DNA of 64,000 bases from an uncultured Acidobacteriota bacterium (GTDB lineage Bacteria > Acidobacteriota > Thermoanaerobaculia > UBA5066). The stretch covers positions 864,001-928,000 of the forward strand of contig CAVZYA010000001.1 in assembly GCA_963779415.1 (NCBI GenBank), read 5' to 3'. The notes under the pieces are model-generated. The model was not told the DNA's origin. It was given only the letters and a program-made list of their open reading frames with translations, and made no database searches. Each line of letters begins with the position of its first letter. Positions within the stretch are counted from its first letter, which is position 1. Positions 1 to 10,404 of the stretch are shown piece after piece. Position numbers and translations under genes: made by a program.

Positions 1-899
1 ACGGGTGGTTGCAGTACGGATCGGCCCAGATCCTGGACGTAAACGGAATCGCGAAGGGATGGGTCACCATCGAGCGGACCTCCACGACCGGCTCCTTCAG
101 CGCCTACGCCGTCATCAACGACTTCGCGACGAACGACGGGTCCTTCGTCCTGCCGGTGGGAGACGCCGTCACCGGCTCGACGCTGACCGTGCCCGTTCTC
201 TCAGAGACGCCGCAGTTCCGGAGCGAGCTGATCCTCGCCAACAGGAGCGCCTCGGCGGCCACGCTGACGCTGGACTATGTCGAGGCCTTGACGCCCGGCT
301 CCGGCGTCGGCGGTTCGATACCCGTCACGCTGGCCCCGTTCGACGAACAGATCATCCCCGAAGCGGTCGACTACCTCCGGACGAACGGCGTCAACATCGG
401 AGCCAAGGACGCGGCCCCTTATGTCGGTGCGCTTCGAGTCACGGTTTCCGGAAGCTCGGCCCAGAACGTCTTCGCCGGTGCACGGACGGCTTCGCAGTCA
501 CTGGCCGGCGGGCAGTTCGGCCTCTTCACACCCTGCGTCTACGGGGGCCAGGAGGCATCGGCCGAGGCGTATCTCTACGGCCTGAGAGCGGATTCCGAGA
601 ACCGGACCAACGTGGCCGTGGTGAACGCCGGGAGCGACTCGGCCGGCCCGATCCTCCTCCAGCTCCAGGCCTACGACGGCGACGCCGGCGGCGTGCCGAA
701 GGGAGATCCCGTTTCCGTCCCCCTCGCCCCCGGCCAATGGGCGCAGCCGGCCAACTTCTTCAAGAACTCCGGCGTCGCCAACGGCTGGGTGAAGGTGACG
801 CGGATGTCCGGCACCGCCCCCTGGATCGCCTACGCCGTCGTCAACGACGGAGGCAAGGCCGGCGAGCGGACCGGCGACGGGGCCTACGTGCCGATGTAG
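1..899 (+). CDS. C-terminal part of a large, probably secreted protein with tandem beta-sandwich-like repeat domains (5' end outside window)
   Basis: Open frame from window edge to TAG 899. Motifs FRSELILAN, RTNVAVVN, YAVINDFATNDG and YAVVNDG..TGDG resemble the C-terminal repeats of 45440..47893. Confidence 0.7.
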   Translation, partial: GWLQYGSAQILDVNGIAKGWVTIERTSTTGSFSAYAVINDFATNDGSFVLPVGDAVTGSTLTVPVLSETPQFRSELILANRSASAATLTLDYVEALTPGSGVGGSIPVTLAPFDEQIIPEAVDYLRTNGVNIGAKDAAPYVGALRVTVSGSSAQNVFAGARTASQSLAGGQFGLFTPCVYGGQEASAEAYLYGLRADSENRTNVAVVNAGSDSAGPILLQLQAYDGDAGGVPKGDPVSVPLAPGQWAQPANFFKNSGVANGWVKVTRMSGTAPWIAYAVVNDGGKAGERTGDGAYVPM

Positions 900-918
900 C
901 AGAGAAGGAGGCAAGCGC

Positions 919-3880
919 ATGGGCCTCTCCACCGGGACAAAGCTCGGCCCTTACGAGATCCTCTCTCCCCTCGGCGCGGGTGGGATGGGCGAGGTCTGGA
1001 AGGCGCGGGATACGCGGCTGGGGCGGTACGTCGCGATCAAAGTCCTTCCCGATGACGTCGCAGCCGATCCTCGCACCCTGGGGCGTTTCGAGTCCGAGGC
1101 GCGAGCCGTCGCCGCCCTCTCGCATCCGAATATCCTCGCCCTCTTCGACGTCGGCGAGGCGCTCGGCGTCCACTTCGCCGTCACCGAGCTACTCGAAGGC
1201 GAGACGCTGCGAGAAGTGATCCGGGAGGGGCCACTCCCTCCCCGAAAGGCCATCGAGTACGGCGTCGAGATCGCCGATGGCCTCGCCTCCGCCCACGAGA
1301 AGGGGATTGTCCACAGGGATCTCAAGCCCGAGAACCTGTTCCTCACGAGAGACGGTCGGGTCAAGATCCTCGACTTCGGCCTCGCGCGGCATCTGGCCTT
1401 CCCCTCCAGGGTCGACCCGGACTCGCCGACCGAGGCGAGGGCCACGACGCCCGGCGAGGTCCTCGGGACGGTCGGGTACCTCTCTCCCGAGCAGATCCGG
1501 GGTCTTCCGGCCGACGCGCGAAGCGACATCTTCGCGTTCGGATGCGTTCTCTACGAGATGCTTTCGGGCGTCCGCGCCTTCCGCAGGGAAACGTCGGCCG
1601 AGACGATGACCGCCATCCTGCGCGAAGACCCTCCTCCGATTTCAGGCGCGGGGCGGGCGATCCCCCCGGCGCTTCTCTCCATCGTTCGGCGCTGCATGGA
1701 AAAGCGTCCGGAGGACAGGTTCTCGTCGGCGCACGATCTCCGCTTCGCCCTCATGGCCCTTTCGGGATCGGAAGAGAGTGTGTCGGGCCAGATCGCCCCG
1801 ACTGTAGCGGCCACGCAAACGACGTTCGTGCCGAAGACCCGGACGGACGATCCTTCGCCCGGCCGTTTTGGTTCCCGTTGCCCTCGTTCTCGCGCTCGCA
1901 GGGGTCTTCGGCAGCCGCTTGATCCAGCGCCGTCAGAAGGCGGAGTGGGCGACGAAGCAGGCGATCCCCGAGATCATGCGTCTCGCCGACCGGCAGGATT
2001 ACTGGGCGGCGTTCCTCCTCGCGCAGAAAGTGGAGGCCGCATTTCCCGGCGAACCGACCCTCTCCAAGCTCTGGCCGCAGTTCGCCGCCGAGATCCTCTG
2101 GCAGGTGAGGCCGGCTGGCGCCGACGTCTTCGTGAGAAGCCAGAAGGGGCCGAGCCGCGACTGGGTGCGCCTCGGCCGGGCCGACGAGAAACCGCTCTGG
2201 ACGCCGATCGGGTGCATGGAGTTTCAGGTCGCGAAGAAGGGCTACGAGACGCATACGTTCGCGATGTCGCTCGTTTACGGAAAAGGAACCATGCCTCTCT
2301 CGCTCGCGGCGACGGGCGAGCTGCCGCCGGGAATGGTCCGCGTCGACCCACCCGACACCTCCGCGGCCGTCTATCTGAACTTTCTGCGCTACGAAGGAGG
2401 CCCGCTTTCGGAACAGGTCGGCAGCTTCCTGATCGACACGCACGAGGTGACCAACCGGCAGTTCAAGGAGTTCGTGGACGGGGGCGGGTACCGCCGTCGC
2501 GAGCTCTGGAAGCACGAGTTCGTCCGGAACGGGAAGGTGATCCCGTGGGAGCAAGGCATCTCCTCATTCGTGGATGCCACAGGGCGGCCGGGGCCGGCGA
2601 CCTGGGAGTTGGGAACGTATCCCGAAGGGAAGGGAGACTTCCCGGTGACCGGGGTGAGCTGGTACGAGGCGACGGCGTTCTCGGAATCGGCCGGGAAGAG
2701 GCTTCCGACCTCGTACCACTGGTCAGCCGCGAGCGGTGCCGCGAACAGCGGATGCATCATCGGCGGCAGCAACTTCTCCGGGAAGCTGGCCGCCGTGGGG
2801 AGCTTCGAGGGGAGCCTGAACCTTCGTGGCCTCTACGACATGCCGGGCAACGCCCGGGAGTGGTGCTCCAACGCCTCCGACGGGGAACGGATCATTCGTG
2901 GCGGTTCCTTCGACAGTCCGGGATACCGGTTCCACGAAACCGAGTACCAGCCCCCGATCGAGCGGAATCCTGCGACCGGATTCCGGAGCATCAAGCTGCT
3001 GGACTCGAAACCTCTCTCCGCGGAGCTGGAGGCCCCCGTCGCACGCTCCATACCGGACTGGAGCCGCGAGGAGCCGTTCCCTGATTCCGTCTGGAAGACC
3101 TGGCTCTCCTTCCTCTCCTACACAAGGTCGCCGCTCAACGCGAAGGTCGAGCTGACGAACGACACGGCGCCGTACTGGCGAATGGAGAAGGTCTCGTTCG
3201 ACGCCGCCTACGCTGGAGAGCGAATGGTGGGCTACCTCTATCTCCCCAGGTCTGCGCCCCCGCCGTATCAGGTCGTGGTCTTCGGGCCGGGAGCGCTCGC
3301 GGTGCGCTCGACCTCGACGGAGAACGGACAGAACGTGAGCGACTCGAGGGTCTGGGGCTACCTCGTAAAGGACGGCCGCGCCGTTTTCTATCCCGTCGTG
3401 AAAGGCACCTACGAGCGGGGCGGTGCCCAGGGCCTCGGGCGGGCATCCACGATGGACGTCTGGGTCCTGCGGGCGAAGGACATCTTTCGTTCGCTCGACT
3501 ACCTCGAGAGCCGCCCCGACATCGCGAAGGAACGCGTCGCATATCTCGGGTTCAGCTTCGGCACCTATCTGGGCGCTCTACCCTGCGCGGCGGACAGACG
3601 TTTCAAGGTCGTCATCTTTCAGGCCGGCGGCGTCGCATTCCGCGAAGAGCTCGGCTGGGCTCGCCGGATCACGATTCCCGTCCAGATGATCAACGGGCGT
3701 TACGACACCATTTTCCCGCCTCAGACGAGTCAGCTCCCCCTCTTCCATGCCCTCGGAACTCCCGAGAAGGACAAACGTCACATTCTCCTGGAGACGGACC
3801 ACGACCTGAGCGGCTGCCAGAAGGACGTCGTGAAGGCGAACCTGGAGTGGCTCGACAGGTATCTCGGGCCGGTGAGATGA
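919..3880 (+). CDS. Ser/Thr protein kinase - TM - FGE/SUMF1 domain - alpha/beta hydrolase fusion, split by a frameshift near 1840-1850
   Basis: RBS AAGGAGG. Kinase motifs LGAGGMGEV, VAIK, HRDLKPEN, DFG in the 919 frame. TM helix, FGE motifs (YDMPGNAREWC, RGGSF, GFR) and GFSFG nucleophile elbow in the 1868..3880 frame. Confidence 0.8.
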
Positions 3881-4016
3881 GGTGGTCATCAAGGTCCTGC
3901 CCGGGAGGTTCTTTGATGAGAGATGCCCGCACGGCGTGTTCCGGCATCCTTCCGCGATCTCGCTGGGATATCTGCATCATTCCCCTCGCCGGCAGCTGTT
4001 TCTACGGTGACACCGG

Positions 4017-4250
4017 GTGCAGAAAACAAGGGAGGTCCATGAGGCGTTTCTGCTCTGGCGGAAGCGCGCCTCGGTGAAGGGCGTCGTCCGGGAGGAGAGG
4101 TGCTCCGTCGACCACCTCGGCGAGGACTTCTACGAGCTGCGCATCCTGCGCGGGCAGGAGCTGCTCCTGAACGAGTCCTTCCGGGACCTGGACAAGCTCA
4201 TGGTCCGCGCCGAGGAGCTGCGTACGAAAAAGAGGGTCCGTCGGGCCTGA
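4017..4250 (+). CDS. Small hypothetical protein (77 aa)
   Basis: Fills the intergenic space with GC3-rich codons and a globular composition. No family recognised. Confidence 0.5.
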   Translation: MQKTREVHEAFLLWRKRASVKGVVREERCSVDHLGEDFYELRILRGQELLLNESFRDLDKLMVRAEELRTKKRVRRA

Positions 4251-4305
4251 CGACGATTTCACGCCCCGCGGCACGCGATCGCACGGCATACGAAGGAGGA
4301 AAGGA

Positions 4306-5706
4306 ATGATCACGTTCGCCCCCGGGAATCTCAGAGTCCCGAAGTGGACGCGGCCTGTCTACATGGTGGCGGCCGGCACGACCGACTTCCGGAAGCGCTA
4401 TCCCGAGAAGAAGCTCGACGAGCTCTGCATGATGGCGTTCCGGATGCTCCTCGAGGAGAACGACCTCAAGATGGACCCGCTCGAGGTGAAGGGGCTCGTC
4501 AACTTCGCCTCCTACGGGGAGTTCGCCGACCACTTCCAGGACCAGCTCCTCTGCGAGGCGAAGGTCCACGACTACCTCGGCCTCGACCCGCTCCCCAACG
4601 TCGGCGTCAAGACCGGCGGCGCCACCGGCGGCTCCACGATGCTCGTCGGCGCCACCACCATCGCGAGCGGCCTCTCCGACTGCACGCTCGTTCTGGGCTG
4701 GGAGCGGATGGACGAGGTGAAGACCTGGACCGGCAACTTCTACATCGCCTCGGCGGCCTGCAAGGACTTCGAGACCCGGCTGGCCCGCAACTACGCGAGC
4801 TACTACGCGCCGATGGCCCGCCGCTTCCAGGAGATGTACCACGTCGACGAGAGGGTGCGCGCCGAGATCGCCGTGAAGAACCGGCGGTACGCCTGCTCGT
4901 CGCCTTACGCCCAGCAGCCGGGGAAGCACACGATCGAAGAGGTGCTGAAGGGCGAGATCGTCTCCGACCCGCTCCGGTTCCTCGAGTGCTGCGCGATGAG
5001 CGTCGGCTCGGCAGCCGCGCTCCTCTGCTCCGAGGAGCTGGCGTACAAGCTGACGGACAAGCCCGTCCGCCTCTACATCGCGGGGGGCTCCCACACGCTC
5101 CGGACCGGCGACCGCCGGCCGATGCGGATTCCCCTCCTGCCGCACGAGACGGAGGAGGGGTACAAGTGGCTCTACGACGAGATGGCGAAGCACGACGGGC
5201 GCTGGCCGGGGTTCGAGAGCTTCGGCGCGACGCGCTTTGCGGCGTACATGGTCTACCGGATGGCCGGCATCAAGGTCCCCATCGAAGACCTCGATCTCGT
5301 CGAGACGCACGACGCATTCACCATCTCCGACCTCCAGACGTACGGCGACGTCGGCCTGACCCTCTACGGCAAGGAGCAGGACTACGTCACCTCCGGCGAC
5401 TGCTACCTGAAGAACCCGCGGACCGGAAAGCCCGGAAAGTGTCCCGCCAACCTCTCGGGGGGCCTCCTCGGGACGATGCACGCCGTGGGGGCGACGGGAA
5501 TCTTCCAGATCGACGAGGTCTTCTGGCAGCTCCAGGGAAAGTACGACAAGTTCCACGGCGACCCGAAGATCTGGGAGCGGTACGGAAAGAAGAAGCCGGC
5601 CGACTGGGAGAGCCTCCAGGCCGCCAGTCCGCGCCGGGGCCTCTCGATCTCGCACGCGGGCGTGGGAAGCCACGTGACCTGCGCCGTACTCGAGAAGGGC
5701 TGGTAG
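4306..5706 (+). CDS. Thiolase-family (SCP-x/Ltp2-like) protein
   Basis: RBS AGGAGG. Motifs ETHDAF and HAVGATG. KTGGATGG occupies the position of the usual Cys motif. Confidence 0.85.
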   Translation: MITFAPGNLRVPKWTRPVYMVAAGTTDFRKRYPEKKLDELCMMAFRMLLEENDLKMDPLEVKGLVNFASYGEFADHFQDQLLCEAKVHDYLGLDPLPNVGVKTGGATGGSTMLVGATTIASGLSDCTLVLGWERMDEVKTWTGNFYIASAACKDFETRLARNYASYYAPMARRFQEMYHVDERVRAEIAVKNRRYACSSPYAQQPGKHTIEEVLKGEIVSDPLRFLECCAMSVGSAAALLCSEELAYKLTDKPVRLYIAGGSHTLRTGDRRPMRIPLLPHETEEGYKWLYDEMAKHDGRWPGFESFGATRFAAYMVYRMAGIKVPIEDLDLVETHDAFTISDLQTYGDVGLTLYGKEQDYVTSGDCYLKNPRTGKPGKCPANLSGGLLGTMHAVGATGIFQIDEVFWQLQGKYDKFHGDPKIWERYGKKKPADWESLQAASPRRGLSISHAGVGSHVTCAVLEKGW

Positions 5707-5716
5707 GAGGCATCCG

Positions 5717-6229
5717 ATGAGCGAGACCGCCGTTCCGAAGATCGCGCCTTCGAAGATCGACGTTAAGGGCGACGCCTGGATCCTCCACTTCCCCCGCTTC
5801 GGCGAGGAGGGGACTCACTTCCACACCTACGGGCTCCTCACCCCCTACTTCAAGGGGCTGACGGAAGGGAAGCTGATGGGGACCCGCTGCGTCAACCCCA
5901 AGTGCCCCGTCAGCAAAGGCGACGGAGAACTCTGGCTTCCTCCGCGGGCCGACTGCCCCGATTGCCACCGGCCGATGGTCTGGAAAGCGGTCGCGAAGCC
6001 AAGGGGCTACGTCTATGCCTACACCCACGTCGTGCGCGGGGGAACCGGCCTCGAGATTCCCTGCCCCTACTACCAGATCGACGTGAAGATCAAAGGGGTC
6101 TGCACGATCGTGAAGAGCTATCTACTCGGGGCCGGGCCCGTGAAGATCGGCGACAAGGTGAAGGCCCGCTTCCGGACGGGCACCAAGGCGACGCACACCT
6201 GTCTCGACCTCTTCTGGGAGCCGGAGTAG
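5717..6229 (+). CDS. DUF35 Zn-ribbon/OB-fold protein (thiolase partner)
   Basis: CVNPKC and PPRADCPDC Zn ribbon, GYVYAYT OB-fold. Directly follows the thiolase with RBS AGGAGG. Confidence 0.85.
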   Translation: MSETAVPKIAPSKIDVKGDAWILHFPRFGEEGTHFHTYGLLTPYFKGLTEGKLMGTRCVNPKCPVSKGDGELWLPPRADCPDCHRPMVWKAVAKPRGYVYAYTHVVRGGTGLEIPCPYYQIDVKIKGVCTIVKSYLLGAGPVKIGDKVKARFRTGTKATHTCLDLFWEPE

Positions 6230-6238
6230 GTCGAGCCG

Positions 6239-6865
6239 TCACTTCGTCGTTGGGGGCGTGGGCCGGGTCGCCTCGAGCCGGATCGAGAGGGTGACGTCGT
6301 CGGACATGACGTAGCCCCCCTGGTCGAAGAGGCGGCTCCAGTTGAGGCCGTAGTCTTTCCGGTTGAGGGTGAGCGGGGCTTCGAAGACGGCCCGCTCCCG
6401 CTCCCAGCTGTCCCGAGTGATTCCTTTGAAGGTCACAGGAAGCGTGACCTCTTTAGTCACGCCGCGGATCGTCAGGTCGCCGACGACGTCGTAGGTCGCG
6501 TCGCTCTTCGGGATGACCTTCCTGCTGACGAACCGGATCTCGGGAAACTGCTCGGCGTCGAAGAAGTCCGGCTCTTTGAGGTGGGCGTCGCGATTCGGCT
6601 CGTTCGTGTCGACGCTCGCGACCTTCACCGTGAGTTCCACGGACGACTTCTCGGGCTTTGCCGAGTCGAGCCGGACGACGCCGGAGAAGTCGGTGAACCG
6701 GCCGCGGATGTCCGCCACGAAGTGGTGGATCTGGAAGCCGACATTCGAGTGCGCCTTGTCGACGCTCCACGTGCCGGTCGCGCCGGCGGGAAGTCCGGCC
6801 GCGCGGGAAACCGCGCCTGCGGCAAGGACGACGAGGGCGAAGGCGGGGACGGCGAAACGCCTCAT
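6239..6865 (-). CDS. YceI family periplasmic lipid/polyisoprenoid-binding protein
   Basis: Signal peptide. Motifs WSVDKAHS, RDAHLK..DFFD, GDLTIRGVTK, NRKDYG. Confidence 0.9.
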   Translation of the reverse strand: MRRFAVPAFALVVLAAGAVSRAAGLPAGATGTWSVDKAHSNVGFQIHHFVADIRGRFTDFSGVVRLDSAKPEKSSVELTVKVASVDTNEPNRDAHLKEPDFFDAEQFPEIRFVSRKVIPKSDATYDVVGDLTIRGVTKEVTLPVTFKGITRDSWERERAVFEAPLTLNRKDYGLNWSRLFDQGGYVMSDDVTLSIRLEATRPTPPTTK

Positions 6866-6970
6866 ACGACCTCCCCGCCTACGTGATAACCCCCTCGAGC
6901 ATGCCTGTCGTTAATGCGCCCGCATCAGACGGCGGGCGGCGAGGGAGAATGAGGCCGAGGGAGGTCCGCC

Positions 6971-7555
6971 ATGTCGAAGAAGATCCTGATGCTCGTGGGC
7001 GACTTCGTCGAGGACTACGAGGTGATGGTGCCGTTCCAGGCGCTCCAGATGGTCGGGCACACCGTCCACGCCGTCTGCCCGGGGAAGAAGGCGGGCGAGA
7101 AGGTGCGGACGGCCATCCACGACTTCGAGGGAGATCAGACCTACAGCGAGAAGCCGGGGCACAACTTCGCCCTGAACCTCTCCTTCGACGACGTGAAGGA
7201 GGCCGGGTACGACGCGCTCGTCATCCCCGGAGGGCGCGCGCCGGAGTACCTGCGGCTGAATCCCCGGATCCTCGAGATCGTCCGGCACTTCATGGCGAGC
7301 GGAAAGCCGGTGGCGGCGATCTGTCACGGCGCGCAGATCCTCGCGGCCGCTGGAGTGCTCGAAGGGAGAAAGTGCTCGGCCTACCCGGCGGTCGGCCCGG
7401 AGGTGACCCGGGCCGGAGGCCGCTACGTCGAGATCGCCGTCGATCAGGCCGTCACGGACGGGAATCTCGTCACGGCGCCCGCGTGGCCGGCGCATCCCGT
7501 CTGGCTGTCGCAGTTCACGAAGCTCCTCGAGTCGCGCGTCCCGGCCCATTCGTGA
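6971..7555 (+). CDS. DJ-1/PfpI family protein (protease/glyoxalase III-like)
   Basis: [34 protein letters not shown]. Confidence 0.9.
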   Translation: MSKKILMLVGDFVEDYEVMVPFQALQMVGHTVHAVCPGKKAGEKVRTAIHDFEGDQTYSEKPGHNFALNLSFDDVKEAGYDALVIPGGRAPEYLRLNPRILEIVRHFMASGKPVAAICHGAQILAAAGVLEGRKCSAYPAVGPEVTRAGGRYVEIAVDQAVTDGNLVTAPAWPAHPVWLSQFTKLLESRVPAHS

Positions 7556-7606
7556 ACCGTCCCGAAAGGGTCGGGTAAGATTCCCCTCAGCAGAGGACCG
7601 TCACCG

Positions 7607-8068
7607 ATGGCGATTTTCGGCGGGAAGAAGGAAGAGCGGGGCCTCCGGGCCGGCTTCCGCGACATGAAGTGGGGAGAACCCCCGCGCCCGGGGATGGACC
7701 TCCTCGAGGAGACCCTCGAGGACCGGTTCTACACGATCACCGGAGACGACCTCGAATTCGGCGGCGCCCCTCTGAACCGGATCGTCTACAAGTACTACCA
7801 GAAGAGGCTCGCGGAGGTGCAGATCGAGGTCCCTCCCGCGTCCGTCGACCCCGTCTTCCGGCACCTCACGAGCGAATGGGGAAAGCCCGTGCAGCCGAAC
7901 CGTTTCATCGAGGATTACTCCTGGCAGAACGACAAGCAGGGAGTCGAGGGAACGAACGCCTCGTTCAACAAGAATCCGAACACGCGGGCGGCGATCCTTC
8001 TGATCCAGAGCCGGTACATCCAGACGAAGCGGACGCTCGTCCCTCCCGACGCCCCCGCGAAACGCTGA
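7607..8068 (+). CDS. Hypothetical protein (153 aa)
   Basis: Clean ORF with typical codon bias. GFRDMKWG N-terminal motif. Confidence 0.65.
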   Translation: MAIFGGKKEERGLRAGFRDMKWGEPPRPGMDLLEETLEDRFYTITGDDLEFGGAPLNRIVYKYYQKRLAEVQIEVPPASVDPVFRHLTSEWGKPVQPNRFIEDYSWQNDKQGVEGTNASFNKNPNTRAAILLIQSRYIQTKRTLVPPDAPAKR

Positions 8069-8071
8069 AGC

Positions 8072-8752
8072 TCAGCTTTCGGGCTTCTCTCCGGGACAGC
8101 TCTCCCCGACCGACTCGATCTCCGCTTCCGGGCGCCCGAGCGTCCGCCAGTTCCCCTCCAGCGAGACGCTTCCGCTCACCGGGCCGTTCCCGGGCGCCTT
8201 CGGGCTGAACGATCCGACGACTCCGGGAGGAACCTGAACCGATATGGCGAAGCTGGAGCTCTTTCCGGGCTGCAGGATCGGCTCGTCAGCCTTCACGACG
8301 GCAGAGACGAGGTAGTTGCCGTGGTCGTCGTAGAGCCGGACGGCCACCGCGACGTCGCAGGCCGGAACGGTTCCCACGTTCCTCACGGACCCTTCCACCC
8401 GCACCTGTCCGTTCGCGTCGACGGAGCGGTTGTGCTGGACGGCGTCGACGACGACCGTCGGAGGGACTCGCTCCGCCCCGGGAGTCACCGTCCCCGTCGG
8501 CGTCGGGCTCGCCGAGGCGCCGGCTCCCCCGCTCCCGGACGCGACGCTGACGCTCCCCTTCTTCGGCGACTTCTCCCCCGCCGCCGCTTTCAGCTTCCGT
8601 TCGCGGGCGACGTCGGAGAGCGTCCGGGTTCCCCCGTAGGCTGCCGCGCCGGCCGTCGTCGCCGTCGGACGGGGGGTTGGCGTCGGCGCGGGTGTCGGCG
8701 TCGGAGCGGCCGCGGCCGTCTGGAAGAGGAGGAGGGCGACGACGAGGAACAT
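8072..8752 (-). CDS. Secreted protein with Pro/Thr linker and FxLYD-type domain
   Basis: Signal peptide, PTPTP repeat, VEGSVRN...VAVRLYDDHG. Confidence 0.7.
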   Translation of the reverse strand: MFLVVALLLFQTAAAAPTPTPAPTPTPRPTATTAGAAAYGGTRTLSDVARERKLKAAAGEKSPKKGSVSVASGSGGAGASASPTPTGTVTPGAERVPPTVVVDAVQHNRSVDANGQVRVEGSVRNVGTVPACDVAVAVRLYDDHGNYLVSAVVKADEPILQPGKSSSFAISVQVPPGVVGSFSPKAPGNGPVSGSVSLEGNWRTLGRPEAEIESVGESCPGEKPES

Positions 8753-8776
8753 TCCGGGAATTATGACAGCCGGGCG

Positions 8777-10369
8777 TCAGGAGACGAGGCGGAGCCGCGG
8801 CACTTCCCGCGGAACGGCGGGGGGGCGCGCGCGGAACCGCCCGAGTCGCAGGACGACCCTCTTGCCGAATACCCTTTCGAAAAGGTCGGCCTTCTCCCGG
8901 GCGGACCAGATCTCGAGATCGGCGGGGCCCCGAGCCGCCACCGTGACGACGACCTTCTTCCGCCGGATCTCGAGGCGGACGTCCATGACATGGCCGCGGT
9001 GCGTCCGGTCGAGTCCGTCAGCGAGCCGGAGGAGAGCCGAGAGCTTCTCGACGACCGGCTTCTTCCACGGATCGAGCCGCCGGAACGGCTGGTGCCTCTC
9101 CGAGGGGAGCGCTTTGCGGTGATAGCGGGCCACCTGCGCGATCACCTCCACCTCGTCGCGGGAGAACCCCTTCAGCCCGCCGTGGGCGATGAGGTAGTAC
9201 GAATGATGGTGGTGCCGCTGGTAGGCGATCGAGAGGCCGACGTCGTGGAGGAGCGCCGCGTGCTCCAGCCACTCGCGTTCGAGCGGCGTGAGCTGGTGGA
9301 GGCTGTGCGTCACGTCGAAGAGGCGGAGGGCGAGGTCGCGAACCCGCGCCGCGTGGCCGTTCACCCCTCCCGAGCGCTTCGCGAGCCTCTCGACGGAGGC
9401 GTGCCGGGCGTCCCGTTCGTCTCCCGGCCGCGAAGCCGAAGGCGACTCGAGGACGAGGCTGTCGCGCAGCGACCTCTCGGAGACCAGCAGGGTCCCGATT
9501 CCGAACGTCTCCATGATCTCGAGCAGAAGGATGCCCCCCGCGGTGATGATGTCGCGCCGCTCGGGCTCCAGCTCCTGGATCTTCGCTTTCTCCTTGAGCG
9601 TCGTCTTCCGGAGGAGCTTCACCGCCCTCGCGAGCTCCTCGCGGGTCACCGAGAGATGCCCGGCACCGTCCCGGACCCGTCCCCGGAGCGCGCGGGCGAT
9701 CCCGCCGAGCGCGAGGATCGTCCCGGAGGTGCCGACTGCCGTCCGGAACCGCGTCTTCCGGACCCGCTTCTTCAGCTTCCCGAGCCGGCTCCGGATCGTC
9801 CGGACGAGCTTCTCTTCGTCATTCTTCGAGAGAGGCGCGCTCCGGACGAAGCGCTCGGTCAGCCGGACGGCGCCGAGGTCGAGGCTCTCGGCCAGCTCGA
9901 GGGCGTCTCCGCTCGCAACCGCCACCTCCGTCGACCCGCCTCCGATGTCCACGACGAGAAGCGGATCGCACGAGGCCGGAAGGTCCAGCCGGACGGCGCG
10001 CATCGTCAGCCGCGCCTCCTCCTCCCCCGAGATGGCGACCGCCCGGATCCCCGTCTCCTTCCGGATCCGCCTCAGGAACTCGGGGCCGTTCTCCGCCTCG
10101 CGGACGGCGCAGGTGGCCACGGCCGTGATCCGTCCCGCCCCGGACGCGCGGGCCAGCGCCGCAAAGCGCTCCACGCAGTCGACCCCGTCGGCCATCGCCT
10201 CCTCCGAGAGGAGGCCGGTCGTCAACGTCTCCTGCGCCAGCCGGATCATCTCCTTCTCGCGCAGAATCTCGTCGTAATGATCGGGGTCTTCCGGGTCGAG
10301 GCGCGCCACGAGCAGCTTGATCGAGTTCGATCCGATGTCGATCGTGGCGACGGTGCGTGGGTCGGTCAT
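8777..10369 (-). CDS. ppx: Ppx/GppA exopolyphosphatase with HD domain
   Basis: IDIGSNS, ISGEEEA, DIGGGSTE, AALLHDVG, RLADGLD. Confidence 0.92.
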   Translation of the reverse strand: MTDPRTVATIDIGSNSIKLLVARLDPEDPDHYDEILREKEMIRLAQETLTTGLLSEEAMADGVDCVERFAALARASGAGRITAVATCAVREAENGPEFLRRIRKETGIRAVAISGEEEARLTMRAVRLDLPASCDPLLVVDIGGGSTEVAVASGDALELAESLDLGAVRLTERFVRSAPLSKNDEEKLVRTIRSRLGKLKKRVRKTRFRTAVGTSGTILALGGIARALRGRVRDGAGHLSVTREELARAVKLLRKTTLKEKAKIQELEPERRDIITAGGILLLEIMETFGIGTLLVSERSLRDSLVLESPSASRPGDERDARHASVERLAKRSGGVNGHAARVRDLALRLFDVTHSLHQLTPLEREWLEHAALLHDVGLSIAYQRHHHHSYYLIAHGGLKGFSRDEVEVIAQVARYHRKALPSERHQPFRRLDPWKKPVVEKLSALLRLADGLDRTHRGHVMDVRLEIRRKKVVVTVAARGPADLEIWSAREKADLFERVFGKRVVLRLGRFRARPPAVPREVPRLRLVS

Positions 10370-10404
10370 CGAAGCGGCTTTTATCGTACCGTCGTTCAGA
10401 CCGG

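Noticed and set aside
1850-3084. C-terminal half of the 721-aa kinase ORF
   Set aside because: Low-complexity off-frame translation. The real domains are in the 1868..3880 frame.
8660-8710. Short tandem-like repeats
   Set aside because: They encode a Pro-Thr linker, with no spacer-repeat structure.
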